A stretch of 64,000 nt of DNA from an uncultured delta proteobacterium (GTDB lineage: Bacteria; Myxococcota_A; UBA9160; UBA4427), in the NCBI GenBank assembly GCA_963822965.1, contig CAWGJT010000006.1, positions 256,001-320,000 of the forward strand, read 5' to 3'. Shown here piece after piece: positions 1-20,051 of this stretch (the stretch's first letter is position 1; each line of letters begins with the position of its first letter). Position numbers and translations under genes: made by a program. The notes under the pieces were generated by a model that saw nothing but the letters and a program-made list of their open reading frames with translations, did no database searches and was not told where the DNA came from.

Positions 1-139
1 CGAGGTCCGCGATCCGCACCAATCGCAGCGGGAAGCCCAGCCGCTCCTCGATGATCGAGGCGTTGCGTTCCAGCACCTTCACGACTCCGGTCCCGATCGT
101 CCCGAAGCCGAGCAGGCCGACTCCCACTGCGTCCGCCAT
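1..139 (-). CDS. hom: Homoserine dehydrogenase, N-terminal part (runs off the window)
   Basis: Manual translation MADAVGVGLLGFGTIGTGVVKVLERNASIIEERLGFPLRLVRIADL has a GxGxxG Rossmann motif typical of Hom; follows an alaC-like gene. Confidence 0.85.
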   Translation of the reverse strand, partial: MADAVGVGLLGFGTIGTGVVKVLERNASIIEERLGFPLRLVRIADL

Positions 140-229
140 CTCGCTTCTCCCGCTGCGTCCCGCTGAAGGGCCGCCTGCCTCGTCTCGCCGAGGGCCTGCT
201 GCTGCGCCTCGCCAGGGCCCGAGGTCGCC

Positions 230-1486
230 TCAGCTCGACCCGTCCGGCTCGTCTTCGCCCGGGGTCCCGGCGTGCTCGGGCTCGGCCGTCGCGCCGCGCA
301 GGAAGCGACGGATGCCGCGCACGGCCTGCCGGATGCGATGCTTGTTCTCGACCAGTGCGAAGCGCACGTGGCCCTCCCCCGCCTCGCCGAAGCCGATCCC
401 GGCGGAGACGGCCACCTTCGCCTCGCGCAGAAGGAGCTTCGAGAACTCCAGCGAGCCCAGGGAGCGGAAGGGCTCCGGGATCGGCGCCCACACGAACATC
501 GTCGCCAGCGGCTTGTCGATCTTCCAGGCGCCCGGACCGGGCTGCCCCAGGCCGTCGACGAGCACGTCGCGCCGCTCGCGGTAGATCTCGACGTTCTCGG
601 TCACGCAGTCCTGGGGCCCGCGCAGCGCGGCGATGGCGCCGATCTGGATCGCCTGGGGCATGCCGTAGTCGAGATAGCTCTTGATGCGCGTGAGCGCGTG
701 GATCATCTGTCGATTGCCGCTCGCGAAGCCCACGCGCCAGCCGGCCATGGAGTGGCTCTTCGAGAGCGACACGAACTCGATGGCGATGTCCTTCGCGCCC
801 GGTACCTCGAGGATGCTGGGCGGCTTGTAGCCGTCGAAGCAGATCTCCGCGTAGGCGAAGTCGTGGAGGACCATCAGGTCGTGGGCTTTCGCGAACGCGA
901 CGACGCGCTCGAAGAAGGCCCGGTCCACCACCTGCCCGGTCGGGTTCGCGGGGAAGGACAGGATGAGCATCTTCGGCTTGGGCCAGGTGTGGCGCACCGC
1001 CTGCTCGAGATTCTCGATGAAGTCGGTTCCGGGGGTGAGCGGGACGTTCCGCAAGTCGCCGCCGGCGATGATGACCGAGTATTGGTGGATGGGGTACGCC
1101 GGGTCGGGACACAGGACCACGTCGCCCGGGCCGATGGTCATCAGCACGAAGTGCGAGAGACCTTCCTTGGCGCCGATCACGGCGATCGCTTCGCCGTCCG
1201 GGTCGAGCTCGACCCCGTGTCGGCGCTGGTACCACTCCGTGATGCCGCGGCGCAGGTTCGGAATGCCGCGCGACTCCGAGTAGCGGTGGTTGCGCGGATT
1301 CCGGGCCGCCTCGCAGATCTTCTCGACCACGTGGGGCGGCGTGGGCAGATCGGGGTTGCCCATGCCGAGGTCGACGATGTCCTCGCCGGCGCGCCGCGCC
1401 GCGCGCATCAAGGCGATCACCTCCCCCAGGCTGTAGGGGGGCAGGCGGTTGAGCTTGTTGAAGTCGTGCCGGAATCGTTGGCTCAT
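230..1486 (-). CDS. PLP-dependent class I/II aminotransferase (AlaC / LL-DAP aminotransferase-like)
   Basis: [13 protein letters not shown] and [14 protein letters not shown] (PLP lysine) motifs; start placed at MSQRF. Confidence 0.88.
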   Translation of the reverse strand: MSQRFRHDFNKLNRLPPYSLGEVIALMRAARRAGEDIVDLGMGNPDLPTPPHVVEKICEAARNPRNHRYSESRGIPNLRRGITEWYQRRHGVELDPDGEAIAVIGAKEGLSHFVLMTIGPGDVVLCPDPAYPIHQYSVIIAGGDLRNVPLTPGTDFIENLEQAVRHTWPKPKMLILSFPANPTGQVVDRAFFERVVAFAKAHDLMVLHDFAYAEICFDGYKPPSILEVPGAKDIAIEFVSLSKSHSMAGWRVGFASGNRQMIHALTRIKSYLDYGMPQAIQIGAIAALRGPQDCVTENVEIYRERRDVLVDGLGQPGPGAWKIDKPLATMFVWAPIPEPFRSLGSLEFSKLLLREAKVAVSAGIGFGEAGEGHVRFALVENKHRIRQAVRGIRRFLRGATAEPEHAGTPGEDEPDGSS

Positions 1487-1490
1487 GCTG

Positions 1491-1536
1491 GGTTCACTGT
1501 CGTCGGTTCGGGGTCGTCGGTTCAAGGGGTCGGTTC
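1491..1536. repeat. Short direct repeats, about 14-bp period, upstream of the aminotransferase
   Basis: GGTTC at 1491, 1505, 1519 and 1532; GTCGTCGGTTC at 1499 and 1513. Confidence 0.6.
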
Positions 1537-1620
1537 GGAGCCGGGAGTCCGAGCCGTGGCGACCCCTGGAGCCCGCCCTCCGGGGAGCCGCCCAATCCCG
1601 CAAGATTACTGGAGAATTCC

Positions 1621-2979
1621 TCAATCGGCCCGTTCCGACCGGGGACGGCTGCGAACGAAGAGCCAGTAGAAGGGAAGTCCCGCCAGCAGCATCCCCAGGC
1701 TGATCGCGCACTCGCGCGGACGCCCCGCCATCATGGCGCCGGCAATCGCCGCGTTCGCGGCCAGGTAGAGCCCCGGGACCACCGGATAGCCCCAGGCCCG
1801 GTACGGCCGGGGGCGCCCCGGCTGCCGCCACCGCAGCAGGTAGAGCGCGACCACGTCGGCGCTGGTCGCCAGCACCACGGCAAAGGTCGTGAAGTCGAGC
1901 GCCGAGGGAAAGCTCCGGAGCACCCCCAGCAGGACCACCGCCACGATCCCCTGCAGCAGGATCGACCCGGTGGGCGTCCGGTAGCGGGCGTGCACGTAGT
2001 CCGCCCCCCGGAAGAAGAGCCCGTCGAGGGACATCGCGTAGGCGATGCGCGGGCCCACCAGCACCGTGGCGTTCAGCGTGCCGAGGACCGAGACGAGCAC
2101 GAAGAGCGCCAGCAGTCGCCCGCCGACGGGGCCGAACAGCGCCTTCGCCGCGGCCTGGCCGGCGTCGGTCGTGCCCGCGAGCGCGTCGAGGGGCAAGGCG
2201 TAGAGATAGACGCCGTTCACCAGCACGTAGACCCCCATGCAGAGCAGCAGCCCCAGGAACAGCGAGCGCGGCAGGTTGCGGGAGGGATCGCGGATCTCAC
2301 TGCCCACGTAGACCGCGGCGTTCCAGCCGAGGAACGTGAACAGGATCGGGGACATGGCGAGACCGAAGGACGAGGCGGAGAAGTGAAAGCCCGGCGGCGC
2401 CGCGGCGGGCAGCAGACGCTCGGCATCGCCGCTGCCCAGGATCGGTCCCAGGAGCGCGAATGCGATCAGCGCCAGCACCTTCACCAGCGACGTGAGGTTG
2501 TTGGCCCGCGCGCCCCAGCGCGCCCCCACCCAGTTGAGGGCCGACGTGGCCACGGTCACGCCGATGGCGACCGCGAGGGTTCCCCCGCTGCCGAGGTGGA
2601 GCGGGCCGGCCACTCCCTCCGCGAAGGCCGCGGCCAGGGCCGCGATCGTGCCGGCGTAGATGGCGAAGAAGGTGAGCCAACCGACCAGGAAGCCCGCGAT
2701 CGGGTGGATCGCCTCGCGCAGGTAGACGTAGTCGCCCCCGGCGTGCGGAAACATGGTGGCCAGCTCGGCGTTCGCGAATGCGCCGGCCATCGAGAGAAGC
2801 GCGCCCACCGTCCAGGCGGCGAAGATCCAGCCGGGATGCGGGAGCAGCTCCGCCACCCGCCCGGGCGTGAAGAAGATCCCGGCGCCGATCACCGACGCCA
2901 CCAACAGGAAGGTGGCGTCGGTCAGCGTGAGCTGGCGTCCCAGGCGATCTCGGGGATGGCTCTCGGCACCAGCGTGCAT
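1621..2979 (-). CDS. APC-family amino acid permease
   Basis: IGAGIF TM1 motif, [28 protein letters not shown]; about 12 hydrophobic segments. Confidence 0.9.
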   Translation of the reverse strand: MHAGAESHPRDRLGRQLTLTDATFLLVASVIGAGIFFTPGRVAELLPHPGWIFAAWTVGALLSMAGAFANAELATMFPHAGGDYVYLREAIHPIAGFLVGWLTFFAIYAGTIAALAAAFAEGVAGPLHLGSGGTLAVAIGVTVATSALNWVGARWGARANNLTSLVKVLALIAFALLGPILGSGDAERLLPAAAPPGFHFSASSFGLAMSPILFTFLGWNAAVYVGSEIRDPSRNLPRSLFLGLLLCMGVYVLVNGVYLYALPLDALAGTTDAGQAAAKALFGPVGGRLLALFVLVSVLGTLNATVLVGPRIAYAMSLDGLFFRGADYVHARYRTPTGSILLQGIVAVVLLGVLRSFPSALDFTTFAVVLATSADVVALYLLRWRQPGRPRPYRAWGYPVVPGLYLAANAAIAGAMMAGRPRECAISLGMLLAGLPFYWLFVRSRPRSERAD

Positions 2980-3015
2980 GGGCGCCCCCAGCGCCTCCCG
3001 GGACGCGCCTCCCGA

Positions 3016-5058
3016 TCAGGTCAGGAACGGGACCAGCAGCAGCGCGACGATGTTCACCAGCTTGAGCATCGGGTTGATGGCGGGACCGGCGGTGTCCTTG
3101 TACGGATCGCCGACCGTATCGCCCGTGACCGCCGCCTTGTGGGCGTCGGATCCCTTGCCCCCGTAGGCGCCCGACTCGATGAACTTCTTGGCGTTGTCCC
3201 AGGCGGCGCCGCCCACGGTCATCGAGATGGCGACGCACAGACCGCTCACGATCGACCCGATCAGGAGGCCGCCCAGGCCCTGGGTGCCGAGACCGGGCAG
3301 GAAGGCCACCGCGATCGGCACGCCGATGGGGAGCATGGCGGGCACGATCATCTCCCGCAGCGCGGCCCGCGCCACGATGTCGACGCAGTGGCTGTACTGC
3401 GGCCGGCCGGTGCCCTCCATGATGCCCGGAATCTCCCGGAACTGGCGGCGCACCTCCTGCACAACCTCCGCGGCGGCCTTGCCCACCGCGTCCATGGCGA
3501 ACGAGGCGAAGACGAAGGGCAGCGCGGCGCCCACGAAGAGCCCGGAGAGGACGGCGGTATTCGACAGATCGAAGCTCGTCACGATACCCACGGTCCTGAG
3601 GTCGGCGATGAACGTGGCGAAGAGGACGACGGCCGCGAGCCCGGCGGAAGCGATCGCGTAGCCCTTGGTGACCGCCTTGGTGGTGTTGCCGAAGGCGTCG
3701 AGGGGATCGGTGACGGCGCGGACGTCGTCGCCGAGCTCGGCCATCTCCGCGATGCCGCCGGCGTTGTCGGTGATGGGCCCGTAGGCGTCGATGCCGACGA
3801 TCAGGCCCGCCAGGGAGAGCATGCTCATGGCCGCGATGGCGACGCCATACATGCCGGCCATCGCATAGCAGCCCGTGATCGCCATCACGATGACCGCCAC
3901 CGGAACCACCGTCGAGTTCATGCCCACCGCCAGACCGCTGATGACGTTGGTGCCGTGGCCGCCCTCGCTCGCGGACGCGATCTTGTCGACGAAGCGCGAG
4001 CCGTCGCCCGTGTAGACGTCGGTGATCCAGAGCATGACGGCCGTGACCGCGGCGCCGGCCAGGGCGCACACCCACAACGCCATGCCGCTCAGGCTGTGGC
4101 CCTTGGCGTCCTGCAACGGAATGTCGATGACGTTGTTGGCGACGAGCAGGACGCCCAGCATCACGATCGTGGCAGCCCCGAGACCGATGTACATGGCGCG
4201 CATGACCGCCGGCTGCTCGCCGGGCGCCGGCTCGGAGATGCGGACCAGCGGAAGCGCGGCCAGCGACCCGATGATGCCCGCCGAGCCCACCGCCAGCGGG
4301 TACAGGAACATGGTGTGGTTGCCGGGGAAGATGATGTGGGCGAGCAGCATGGCGGCGGCCGCGGTCACCCCGTAGGTCTCGAAGAGGTCGGCGGCCATGC
4401 CCGCGCAGTCGCCGACGTTGTCCCCCACGTTGTCGGCGATCACCGCCGGGTTGCGGGGGTCGTCCTCGGGGATGTTGGCCTCCACCTTGCCGACCAGGTC
4501 GGCACCCACATCGGCGGCCTTGGTGAAGATGCCGCCCCCCAGGCGGGCGAAGACCGAGATGAGGGAGCCACCGAAGGCCAGGCCGATGATGGCGTCGGGG
4601 CTCGAGTAGCCCGTCGCGTCCATGATGACCACGAGCACGCACATGGTGAGCAGGCCCAGGCCCACCACCATCAGGCCCGTCACGGCGCCACCCTGGAAGG
4701 AGAGCGCGAAGGCGCGCCGGAAGCCGTCCGAGGCCGCGGCCGCGACGCGCACGTTGGCGCGCACGGACACGTTCATCCCGATGAAGCCGGCGGCGGCGCT
4801 CGCGCAGGCGCCCAGGACGAACCCGCCCGCGTACCACCAGTTGAGCGCGAAGCCGATCACCAGCAGGACCGGCACGCCCACCATGGCGACGGTCCGGTAC
4901 TGGCGGTTGAGGAAGGCGCTGGCGCCCTCCTTGATGGCGTCGGCGATGCCGTTGGCGCGCGCGTTGGGCGCCGGCGCCGCGAGCACGCTGCGGTAGAGGA
5001 AGCCGCCGACGACGATGGCGAGCATCGAGACCGCAAGGGAGATGACCGTCACAGACAT
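3016..5058 (-). CDS. hppA: Membrane-bound proton-translocating pyrophosphatase, predicted K+-independent
   Basis: [34 protein letters not shown] and [14 protein letters not shown] motifs. Confidence 0.95.
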   Translation of the reverse strand: MSVTVISLAVSMLAIVVGGFLYRSVLAAPAPNARANGIADAIKEGASAFLNRQYRTVAMVGVPVLLVIGFALNWWYAGGFVLGACASAAAGFIGMNVSVRANVRVAAAASDGFRRAFALSFQGGAVTGLMVVGLGLLTMCVLVVIMDATGYSSPDAIIGLAFGGSLISVFARLGGGIFTKAADVGADLVGKVEANIPEDDPRNPAVIADNVGDNVGDCAGMAADLFETYGVTAAAAMLLAHIIFPGNHTMFLYPLAVGSAGIIGSLAALPLVRISEPAPGEQPAVMRAMYIGLGAATIVMLGVLLVANNVIDIPLQDAKGHSLSGMALWVCALAGAAVTAVMLWITDVYTGDGSRFVDKIASASEGGHGTNVISGLAVGMNSTVVPVAVIVMAITGCYAMAGMYGVAIAAMSMLSLAGLIVGIDAYGPITDNAGGIAEMAELGDDVRAVTDPLDAFGNTTKAVTKGYAIASAGLAAVVLFATFIADLRTVGIVTSFDLSNTAVLSGLFVGAALPFVFASFAMDAVGKAAAEVVQEVRRQFREIPGIMEGTGRPQYSHCVDIVARAALREMIVPAMLPIGVPIAVAFLPGLGTQGLGGLLIGSIVSGLCVAISMTVGGAAWDNAKKFIESGAYGGKGSDAHKAAVTGDTVGDPYKDTAGPAINPMLKLVNIVALLLVPFLT

Positions 5059-5373
5059 TTCGTTCTCCGCGAAGCTGGAGGGATTGCGTTCGGAGCTGAG
5101 GACGAGGGGCCGCGACGCCTTCGTTCGAGCGGTTCGATCGGATGGAACGCCAGGATCGCCGGCCCGCGGGCGGCGCGAAAACTAGACGTACACACCCCAA
5201 AAGTCCAGCCTGCATTGGGTTTTCGGGCGAGACGGCGGTTGGCACCGGGCCTGGAGAGCTGCTTCCCCCCGCGGGTAGAGGGGCTCTTCTGTCGCTATGC
5301 TCCGCCTCCGGCGACCGGCTGGGTACCCCGGCCTCGCCCGACGAGGCGCGCGAGAGTGCGACGGAGGAGGGAC

Positions 5374-6939
5374 ATGACGGCTGCATCCGGCACGAAGAGC
5401 GGAGCCGCGGTGCTGCTGGAGACGGCCTCGGCCGCAGGCGTGGACGTCTGCTTCGCCAACCCCGGAACCACCGAGATGCCCCTGGTGGCGGCCCTGGACG
5501 CGGTTCCCCGGGTGCGCGCCGTGCTGGCGCTGTTCGAGGGCGTGTGTACGGGCGCCGCCGACGGCTACGCACGCATGACGGGACGCCCGGCGCTCACCCT
5601 GCTGCACCTGGGTCCCGGGTTCGCCAACGGCATCGCCAATCTGCACAACGCCCGACGCGCCCGCAGCGCCGTCGTGAACCTGGTCGGCGATCAGGCGAGC
5701 TGGCACCTCGCAGCGGACGCGCCGCTCACCTCGGACATCGCATCCCTGGCGAGGCCCGTCTCCGGATGGCTCCGGTCGGCCCGCTCCGCCAGCGCACTGG
5801 GGACAGACATCGCGGACGCCATCTCCGTCGCGACAGGCCCGCCCGGCTGCGTGGCCACCTACGTGATCCCGGCGGACTACCAGGCGGAGCCGGGAGGCCC
5901 GGCCGGCACCGTCGCGCTGTCGCCGGCGGCGGCCGTGCCCGGGGATCGGATCGACACCGTGGCCGGGCGGCTCCGGGACGCCGGCGAACGCGGCGTCCTC
6001 TTCCTCGGCGGTGCCGCCCTCGGCGACCGGGGCCTGCAGGCCGCGGCCCGCGTCGCACACGCCACGGGGGCACGCCTGCGGGTGGAGACGTTCCCGGCGC
6101 GTTGGGAACGGGGAGCGGGAACGCCGGCCGTCGAGCGACTGGCGTACTTTCCGGAGCAGGCCCGGGCGGACCTGGCTCCGGCCGGGGTCGTCGTGCTGGC
6201 CGGCGCGCCCGCACCGGTGGCCTTCTTCGGGTATCCAGGAGAGGCGAGCGAGCTCGCGCCGACGGGCAGCACCGCCGTGCTCGCCGCCCCGGAAGAGACC
6301 GTGTGCGACGCGCTCGAGCAGCTCGCGGAGGCGCTGGCGCCGGGGAGCCCGGCCCCCGCGACCCTCCCGGCCGCTCCTCCGGCGGCACCTTCCGGAAAGC
6401 TCGACTCGGCGTCCGTGGGCGCCTGCCTCGCTCGCTGCCTGCCGGAGCACGCCATCGTGATGGACGAGTCGGCCACGTCCGGGCTGCCCTTCTACACCCT
6501 GTCCGCAGCCGCGAAGCCGCACACGCTGCTCGCGCTCACCGGGGGCGCCATCGGCCAGGGGCTGCCCGTCGCCACCGGCGCCGCCATCGCGTGTCCCGAC
6601 CGCAAGGTGATCGCCTTCCAGGCCGACGGCAGCGGCGCCTACACGCTGCAGTCCCTGTGGACCCAGGCGCGGGAGGGGCTCGACGTGGTGACCCTCCTCT
6701 GCTCGAACCGCGCCTATCGCATCCTGCAGGTGGAGCTCGTGCGCGCCGGCGTGGCCGAGCCCGGCCCCCAGGCGCGCTCGCTCACCCAGCTCGACCGGCC
6801 GCCTCTCGACTGGGTGTCCCTGGCGCGCGGCTTCGGGGTGCCCGCCACCCGGGTCGAGTCCGCCGAGGCGCTGCTCGAGGCCTTGCCGCGCGCCCTCGCC
6901 GAGCCCGGTCCCCAGCTCATCGAGATGATGATCGGGTAG
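5374..6939 (+). CDS. ThDP-dependent enzyme, acetolactate synthase large-subunit-like
   Basis: CFANPGTTE, LFEGVCTGAADGYAR, ADGS...SN ThDP motif; GGAGG before ATG 5374. Confidence 0.88.
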   Translation: MTAASGTKSGAAVLLETASAAGVDVCFANPGTTEMPLVAALDAVPRVRAVLALFEGVCTGAADGYARMTGRPALTLLHLGPGFANGIANLHNARRARSAVVNLVGDQASWHLAADAPLTSDIASLARPVSGWLRSARSASALGTDIADAISVATGPPGCVATYVIPADYQAEPGGPAGTVALSPAAAVPGDRIDTVAGRLRDAGERGVLFLGGAALGDRGLQAAARVAHATGARLRVETFPARWERGAGTPAVERLAYFPEQARADLAPAGVVVLAGAPAPVAFFGYPGEASELAPTGSTAVLAAPEETVCDALEQLAEALAPGSPAPATLPAAPPAAPSGKLDSASVGACLARCLPEHAIVMDESATSGLPFYTLSAAAKPHTLLALTGGAIGQGLPVATGAAIACPDRKVIAFQADGSGAYTLQSLWTQAREGLDVVTLLCSNRAYRILQVELVRAGVAEPGPQARSLTQLDRPPLDWVSLARGFGVPATRVESAEALLEALPRALAEPGPQLIEMMIG

Positions 6940-6964
6940 CCTGGGCGCAGCCGAGGAGGCCGTC

Positions 6965-9098
6965 ATGACGCCGCGGATCGTCGCTCCGACCCTGGCCCTC
7001 GCATGTCTCGTCCTTCTCGCCTGCCACCGACCCGAGCCCGAGAGCCCCGAGCCCATCACGCCGCCCGCCGCCGCGGCGCCCGACGCGCCGCCACGTTCCA
7101 CCGCCGACCTTCCGGGGCTGCGGCGGAGCGGTCGCCTCCGCATCCTCGTCCAGCGACGCGGCGACGCCTGGCTGCCCCGGGACGGCTCACCGCTCGAGCA
7201 GGACCGGGACCAGGCCGCAGCGCTCGCGGCGGATCTCGATCTGCAGGCCGAGCTCGTGGCCCTGGACAACTTCGAGGACCTGATCCCCGCCCTGCTCGAC
7301 GGCCGCGGCGACCTGGTCGTGGCGAACCTCACCGCCACGGAGGCACGACGCAGCCGGGTGGCCTTCTCCCTGCCGATCGCCCTGGTGCGCGAGCAGGTCG
7401 TGACCCGCCAGGACGACGCGGCCCTGGCGACTCCCGCCGACCTCGCCGGGCGGCGGCTCGCCGTCCAGCGCTCATCCTCCTTCTGGCACAGCGCCGAGCG
7501 CCTGGCGGCCGAGCATCCCGGCCTCGAGGTGGTTGCCGCGCCAGAGGACCTGGACGAGGAAGGCCTGCTGGACGGCGTCGCCAAGGACCGCCTCGACCTC
7601 ACCCTGATGGACAGCAACGTGGTGGACGCGGCCCTGCACTGGCACGACGACCTGCGCGTCGCGTTCGACCTGGGCGAGAACCGCGTGATCGCCTGGGCGA
7701 TGCGGCCCGACGCGCACGAGCTGCGCAAGGCCGTGGACGGATTCCTGGCGAAGTCGGGGCGCAATCCGAACGCGCACGGGCGAGCGCTCCACGTGGACGA
7801 CCTGCCCGGGATGAAGGAGCGCGGCGTCCTGCGGGTGATCACGCGCAACAGCAGCACGAGCTACTTCATCACCCGCGGCGAGCTGGTCGGCTTCGAGTAC
7901 GACCTGGCGCGCCGGCTGGCGGACGAGCTCGACCTGCGTCTCGAGATCGTGGTGCCTCCGAGCCACGACACCCTGGTGCCGTGGCTGCTCGCCGGCAAGG
8001 GAGACCTCGTCGCCGCGGGGCTGACGGCGAGCCCCGAGCGCGCACGGCGCGAAGGCGTCGTCTTCTCGCGCATGATGAACGAGGTGCGCCAGACCGTGGT
8101 GGCCGGGGTCGGTCGAGAAGAGCGGTGGACGTCCCGTGCCGCGCGCCGTCGGCGAGCTGACCGGCCGCACCTTCGTCGTCCGCCGCAGCAGCTCCTACTG
8201 GGACACCCTGGAGGCCCTCCGCGACGAGGGCGTCGCGGACTTCGAGCTGGTGGCCGCACCCGAGAGCTACGAGACCGAGGAGATCATCGCGCGCGTCGGC
8301 AGCGGCGAGTACGACCTGACCCTGGCCGACAGCGACGTCCTGGCCGTCGAGCAGAGCTGGCGCGAAGACGTGGTGGCCGCCTTTCCCCTGGGCAACGAGA
8401 TCGCCCACGGCTGGGCGGTGCGGCCCGACAACCCGAAGCTCCTGGCGGCCATCGACGCCTTCTTCGACCGCGAGTACCGGGGACTCTTCTACAACGTGAC
8501 CCGGGACAAGTACTTCGGAAACGCCAGCTCGATCCGCGAGCGGCTCGCGTCGCGCCCGCGACACACGGGCTGGATCTCGCCCTACGACGACGTGGTCAAG
8601 CGCCTCTCCCCGCGCTTCGGGTTCGACTGGCGGCTGGTGGTGGCCCAGATGTTCCAGGAGAGCCGCTTCGACCCGAAGGCGCGCTCGTTCGCCGGAGCGC
8701 GGGGGCTGCTGCAGGTGATGCCGCGCACCGCCCGGGAGCTGGGCTACCAGAACCTCGACGATCCCGAGACGGGAATCCAGGCGGGGCTCGACTATCTGGC
8801 CTGGGTGCGGGAGCGCTTCGACGCGGGCCTGCCGGCCTCCGAGCGGACCTGGATGTCGCTGGCCGCCTACAACGTGGGCCCGGGCCACGTGCGCGACGCA
8901 CGGCGCATCGCCGTCGAGCAGGGCCTCGACCCGAACCGTTGGTTCGGAAACGTCGAGAAGGCGCTGCTCCTCAAGCAACGCCCCGAGATCCATCGGAAGA
9001 CCCGCTTCGGGTACGCGCGCGCCCAGGAGCCCGTCGCCTACGTGCGCGCCATCCGCGACCGCTACGAGGCCTACCTGCAGTCGGGCGCCGGATCGTGA
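6965..9098 (+). CDS. mltF: MltF-like lipoprotein with two solute-binding-type domains and an SLT lytic transglycosylase domain; frameshift near 8115-8135
   Basis: LLAC lipobox, GFEYDLA, QESRFDP, GLLQVMP, AAYNVG; coding switches from the ORF at 6965 to the ORF ending at 9098. Confidence 0.8.
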
Positions 9099-9134
9099 GG
9101 GCGATGCGACCCCGGCCGGTCTCGCTCGCGCTCG

Positions 9135-10319
9135 CTACTTCGCGGCGTCGAGGGTGTGCTGTAGCCGGTCGACCGCCTCGACGAACTCGTCGATGAACTG
9201 GTAGATCACGTCGGCGGCGCCCACCTCCTGGGTCAGGCGTCCCACGACCTGCCCCACCGGCATGCCCACCAGCTCCCGGGCCCGGGCGCCCTCCTTGCGC
9301 GCGGCCAGGCCGATGCGGGTCTGGGCCTCGGAGCAGGCCATGTACTGGAGCGGCATGGGCAGCGTCCCGGGACATTCGTCCCGCTCCCACGCCTCGGTCC
9401 AGGCGGTTCGCAGCAGCCGGGCCGGCTTGCCCGAGAGCGAGCGCGAGCGCACCGCGTCCTTCGGACGCGCCGCGAAGAGCTTCTCCTTCACCAACGGCGA
9501 GACGTCGGCCTCGCGGACGGTGAGCCAGACCGAGCCCGTCCAGACGCCGGCCGCACCGAGCGCCATGGCGGCGGCGGCCTGGCGACCCGTGGCGATCCCG
9601 CCTGCGCCGAGCACCGGGGTCGGCGCCACCGCCTCGACGATGTCCGGGATCAGGACCATCGAGCCGATCTCGCCCGTGTGGCCGCCAGCCTCGGTTCCCT
9701 GGGCGACGATGATGTCCACGCCCGCCTGCTTCTGGCGCTGGGCGTGCTCCACCGCACCGGTGAGCGCCGCCACCTTCACCCCGTGCGCGTGGGCGAGATC
9801 GATGATGTCCTTGGGCGGCGGCCCGAGGGCGTTCACCAGCAGCTTGACCCGCTCGTGGCGCAGCGCCACCTCGACGTGGTTGCGCCCGCCGCCCTCGGTC
9901 CAGCCGAGGAGCCCCGTCCCACCGCCGCCCACGCCGGCGTCGGCCGATGCGTAGTCGTCCGGGAGCGGCGGCACCTCATACTCCTCGAGCACGCCCTCGA
10001 TCCACTTCTTCGTCTCTTCCGGAATCATGTTCCGGAAGACGCTGGCGTCGACCTCGCCCGTCTCGGCGTCGGCCTTTCCCAGCCCCTGGTCCTTGCCCGC
10101 GTAGCTCATGGGCATGACCGTATCGACACCGTACGGCTTGTCGCCCACGTGCTCGTCGATCCAGCGCAGCTCGACCTCGAGCTGCTCGGGCGAGAACGCG
10201 AGGGCGCCCAGCACCCCGAAGCCACCCGCGTTCGTGACGGCCGCCACCACGTCGCGGCAGTGACTGAAGGCGAAGATCGGAACGTCGATGCCGAAGAGAT
10301 CACAGAGCTCGGTTCGCAT
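9135..10319 (-). CDS. Nitronate monooxygenase / FabK-like flavoprotein
   Basis: AVTNAGGFGVL, QGTEAGGHTG, AGGIATG, GVWTGS motifs. Confidence 0.88.
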   Translation of the reverse strand: MRTELCDLFGIDVPIFAFSHCRDVVAAVTNAGGFGVLGALAFSPEQLEVELRWIDEHVGDKPYGVDTVMPMSYAGKDQGLGKADAETGEVDASVFRNMIPEETKKWIEGVLEEYEVPPLPDDYASADAGVGGGGTGLLGWTEGGGRNHVEVALRHERVKLLVNALGPPPKDIIDLAHAHGVKVAALTGAVEHAQRQKQAGVDIIVAQGTEAGGHTGEIGSMVLIPDIVEAVAPTPVLGAGGIATGRQAAAAMALGAAGVWTGSVWLTVREADVSPLVKEKLFAARPKDAVRSRSLSGKPARLLRTAWTEAWERDECPGTLPMPLQYMACSEAQTRIGLAARKEGARARELVGMPVGQVVGRLTQEVGAADVIYQFIDEFVEAVDRLQHTLDAAK

Positions 10320-10567
10320 GAGAGCCTCCCGGCGGAGACCCTAGCCCGAAGAGGAGCTTCGCGCGCCGGGGGCGGGAGCGAGCCGAAGGGTCGACTCCGA
10401 CCGTGCCGGCCCGGGTGGACCGCCGCTGCGGGAAGCCCGATCCGGCGCGTGATGCGCCTCAAGCGCTCGGCGCCGGCAGCCGATACGCGCCCCGGGTAGC
10501 AGTCGCTCCAGACCCCGCCGATGCCGTGGGAAGTCGCGGACTTCCCGAACGAGCCAGGAGAATCTCC

Positions 10568-12857
<2,290 letters not shown>

Positions 12858-12933
12858 CTCGGCTCCGTTGTGTAGAGGACGGAGCGAACGCCGTCAAGCA
12901 TTCGCCCGTCCGGGCTCGACTCCGGCGCTTTCC

Positions 12934-13033
12934 GCCTCGTTTCAGCCGGCTCTTTCTGCCTCGTTTCAGCCGGCTCTTTCTGCCTCGTTCAGCCGGCTCT
13001 TTCTCTCGTTTAGCCGGCTCTTTCTGCCTCGTT

Positions 13034-13040
<7 letters not shown>
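12934..13040. repeat. Tandem repeat, 24-bp unit GCCTCGTTTCAGCCGGCTCTTTCT, about 4.6 copies
   Basis: Units start at 12934, 12958, 12982 (23 bp), 13005 (21 bp) and 13026 (partial). Confidence 0.92.
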
Positions 13041-15547
<2,507 letters not shown>

Positions 15548-15585
15548 GCTTCCGCCTCGAACCGGGACCGCGGCGGCAGCGGGGC

Positions 15586-18821
<3,236 letters not shown>

Positions 18822-18835
<14 letters not shown>

Positions 18836-20051
18836 GCGTCCGCTCCCCGCGCGCGGCTTCGCGTGCGATCTGTGCTCCGGTCACGGTCTCGCCGGCTCGG
18901 TGCCGGGCGACCATCTCGCGAAAGCGGCGGAAGAAGAACGCCGCGTCGTGGGGCCCCGGCGAAGCCTCGGGGTGGTACTGCACCGAGAAGACGGGGCGCT
19001 CTTCGTGGGCGAGCCCTTCCACGGTGTCGTCGTTCAGGTTCACGTGGGTGATGCAGACGGGCTCGCCCGCCGTGCGCAGCGACTCGGCGTTGACCGCATA
19101 GCCGTGGTTCTCGGCGCAGATGGCGACCCGTCCCGTCGCCAGGTCCTTGCCGGGCTGGTTGCCGCCGTGGTGCCCGAACTTGAGCTTCTGGGTGCGCCCG
19201 CCCAGGGCCAGCCCGAGGATCTGGTGCCCCAGACAGATGCCGAAGAGGGGCTTGCGCCGGGACAGCTCGCGCACCGTATCCCGCACGCCCTGCACGGCCT
19301 CGGGATCGCCGGGACCATTGGAGAGGAAGATCGCGTCGGGGTCGAGCGCCAGAGCGTCGACGGCGGACGTGGTGGCAGGCACGACGGTGACGTCGAAGCC
19401 CTGCTCCACCAGCAGCCGCAGGATGTTGCGCTTCACCCCGAAGTCGTAGGCGACCACCCGGAAGGCGGGCGTCGGGCGGGGCGGGCGCGGGCACTGTCCC
19501 TGGATGCCGGGCCAGGCGCCCTCCCGCCACGCGTACGGCGCCTGGCAGGTGACCTCGGCCACCAGGTCCCTGCCTTCGAGGGTGGGAGCGCTGCGCGCGC
19601 GACGGACCAGCTCGTCCTCGTCCTGCACCGCGGGGTCGGTGCTGAGGACGCCCACCTGCGCGCCGTGGTCGCGGATGCGCCGCACCAGCGCCCGGGTGTC
19701 GATGCCGGATAGACCCGGCACACCCGCCTGGGCGAGATAGGCGTCCAGGCCGCCCTCGGCGCGCCAGCTGCTCGGCGTGTCGAGGAGCTCCTTGACCACG
19801 AAGCCCTCGAGAAAGGGACGGGCCGACTCCTCGTCGGTCCGGTTCACGCCCACGTTCCCGATCTGCGTATAGGTCATGGCGACGATCTGCCCGGCATACG
19901 AGGGATCCGTCAGGATCTCCTGATAGCCGGTCATCGACGTATTGAAGACGACCTCGCCAGAGCGGACGGTCGCCGCACCGAAGGCCAGGCCCCGGTACAC
20001 CGTGCCGTCCGCCAGCACCAGCCGCGCGGTCCTCGGCGTGGCGACGCTCAC
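18822..20051 (-). CDS. carA: Carbamoyl-phosphate synthase small subunit
   Basis: [43 protein letters not shown] start overlaps the pyrC stop. Confidence 0.95.

Noticed and set aside
5240..5255. Sigma54 promoter (TGGCAC) upstream of the ThDP enzyme
   Set aside because: The -12 position reads GG instead of the required GC
1990..5373. Long N-terminal extension of the ThDP enzyme (1649-aa ORF)
   Set aside because: Antisense shadow of hppA and the permease; a good RBS and ATG are at 5374
12869..12897. Promoter for the leu leader (TTGACG-N17-TACACA)
   Set aside because: The -10 lacks the conserved final T and the implied start would cut into the leader RBS; too uncertain
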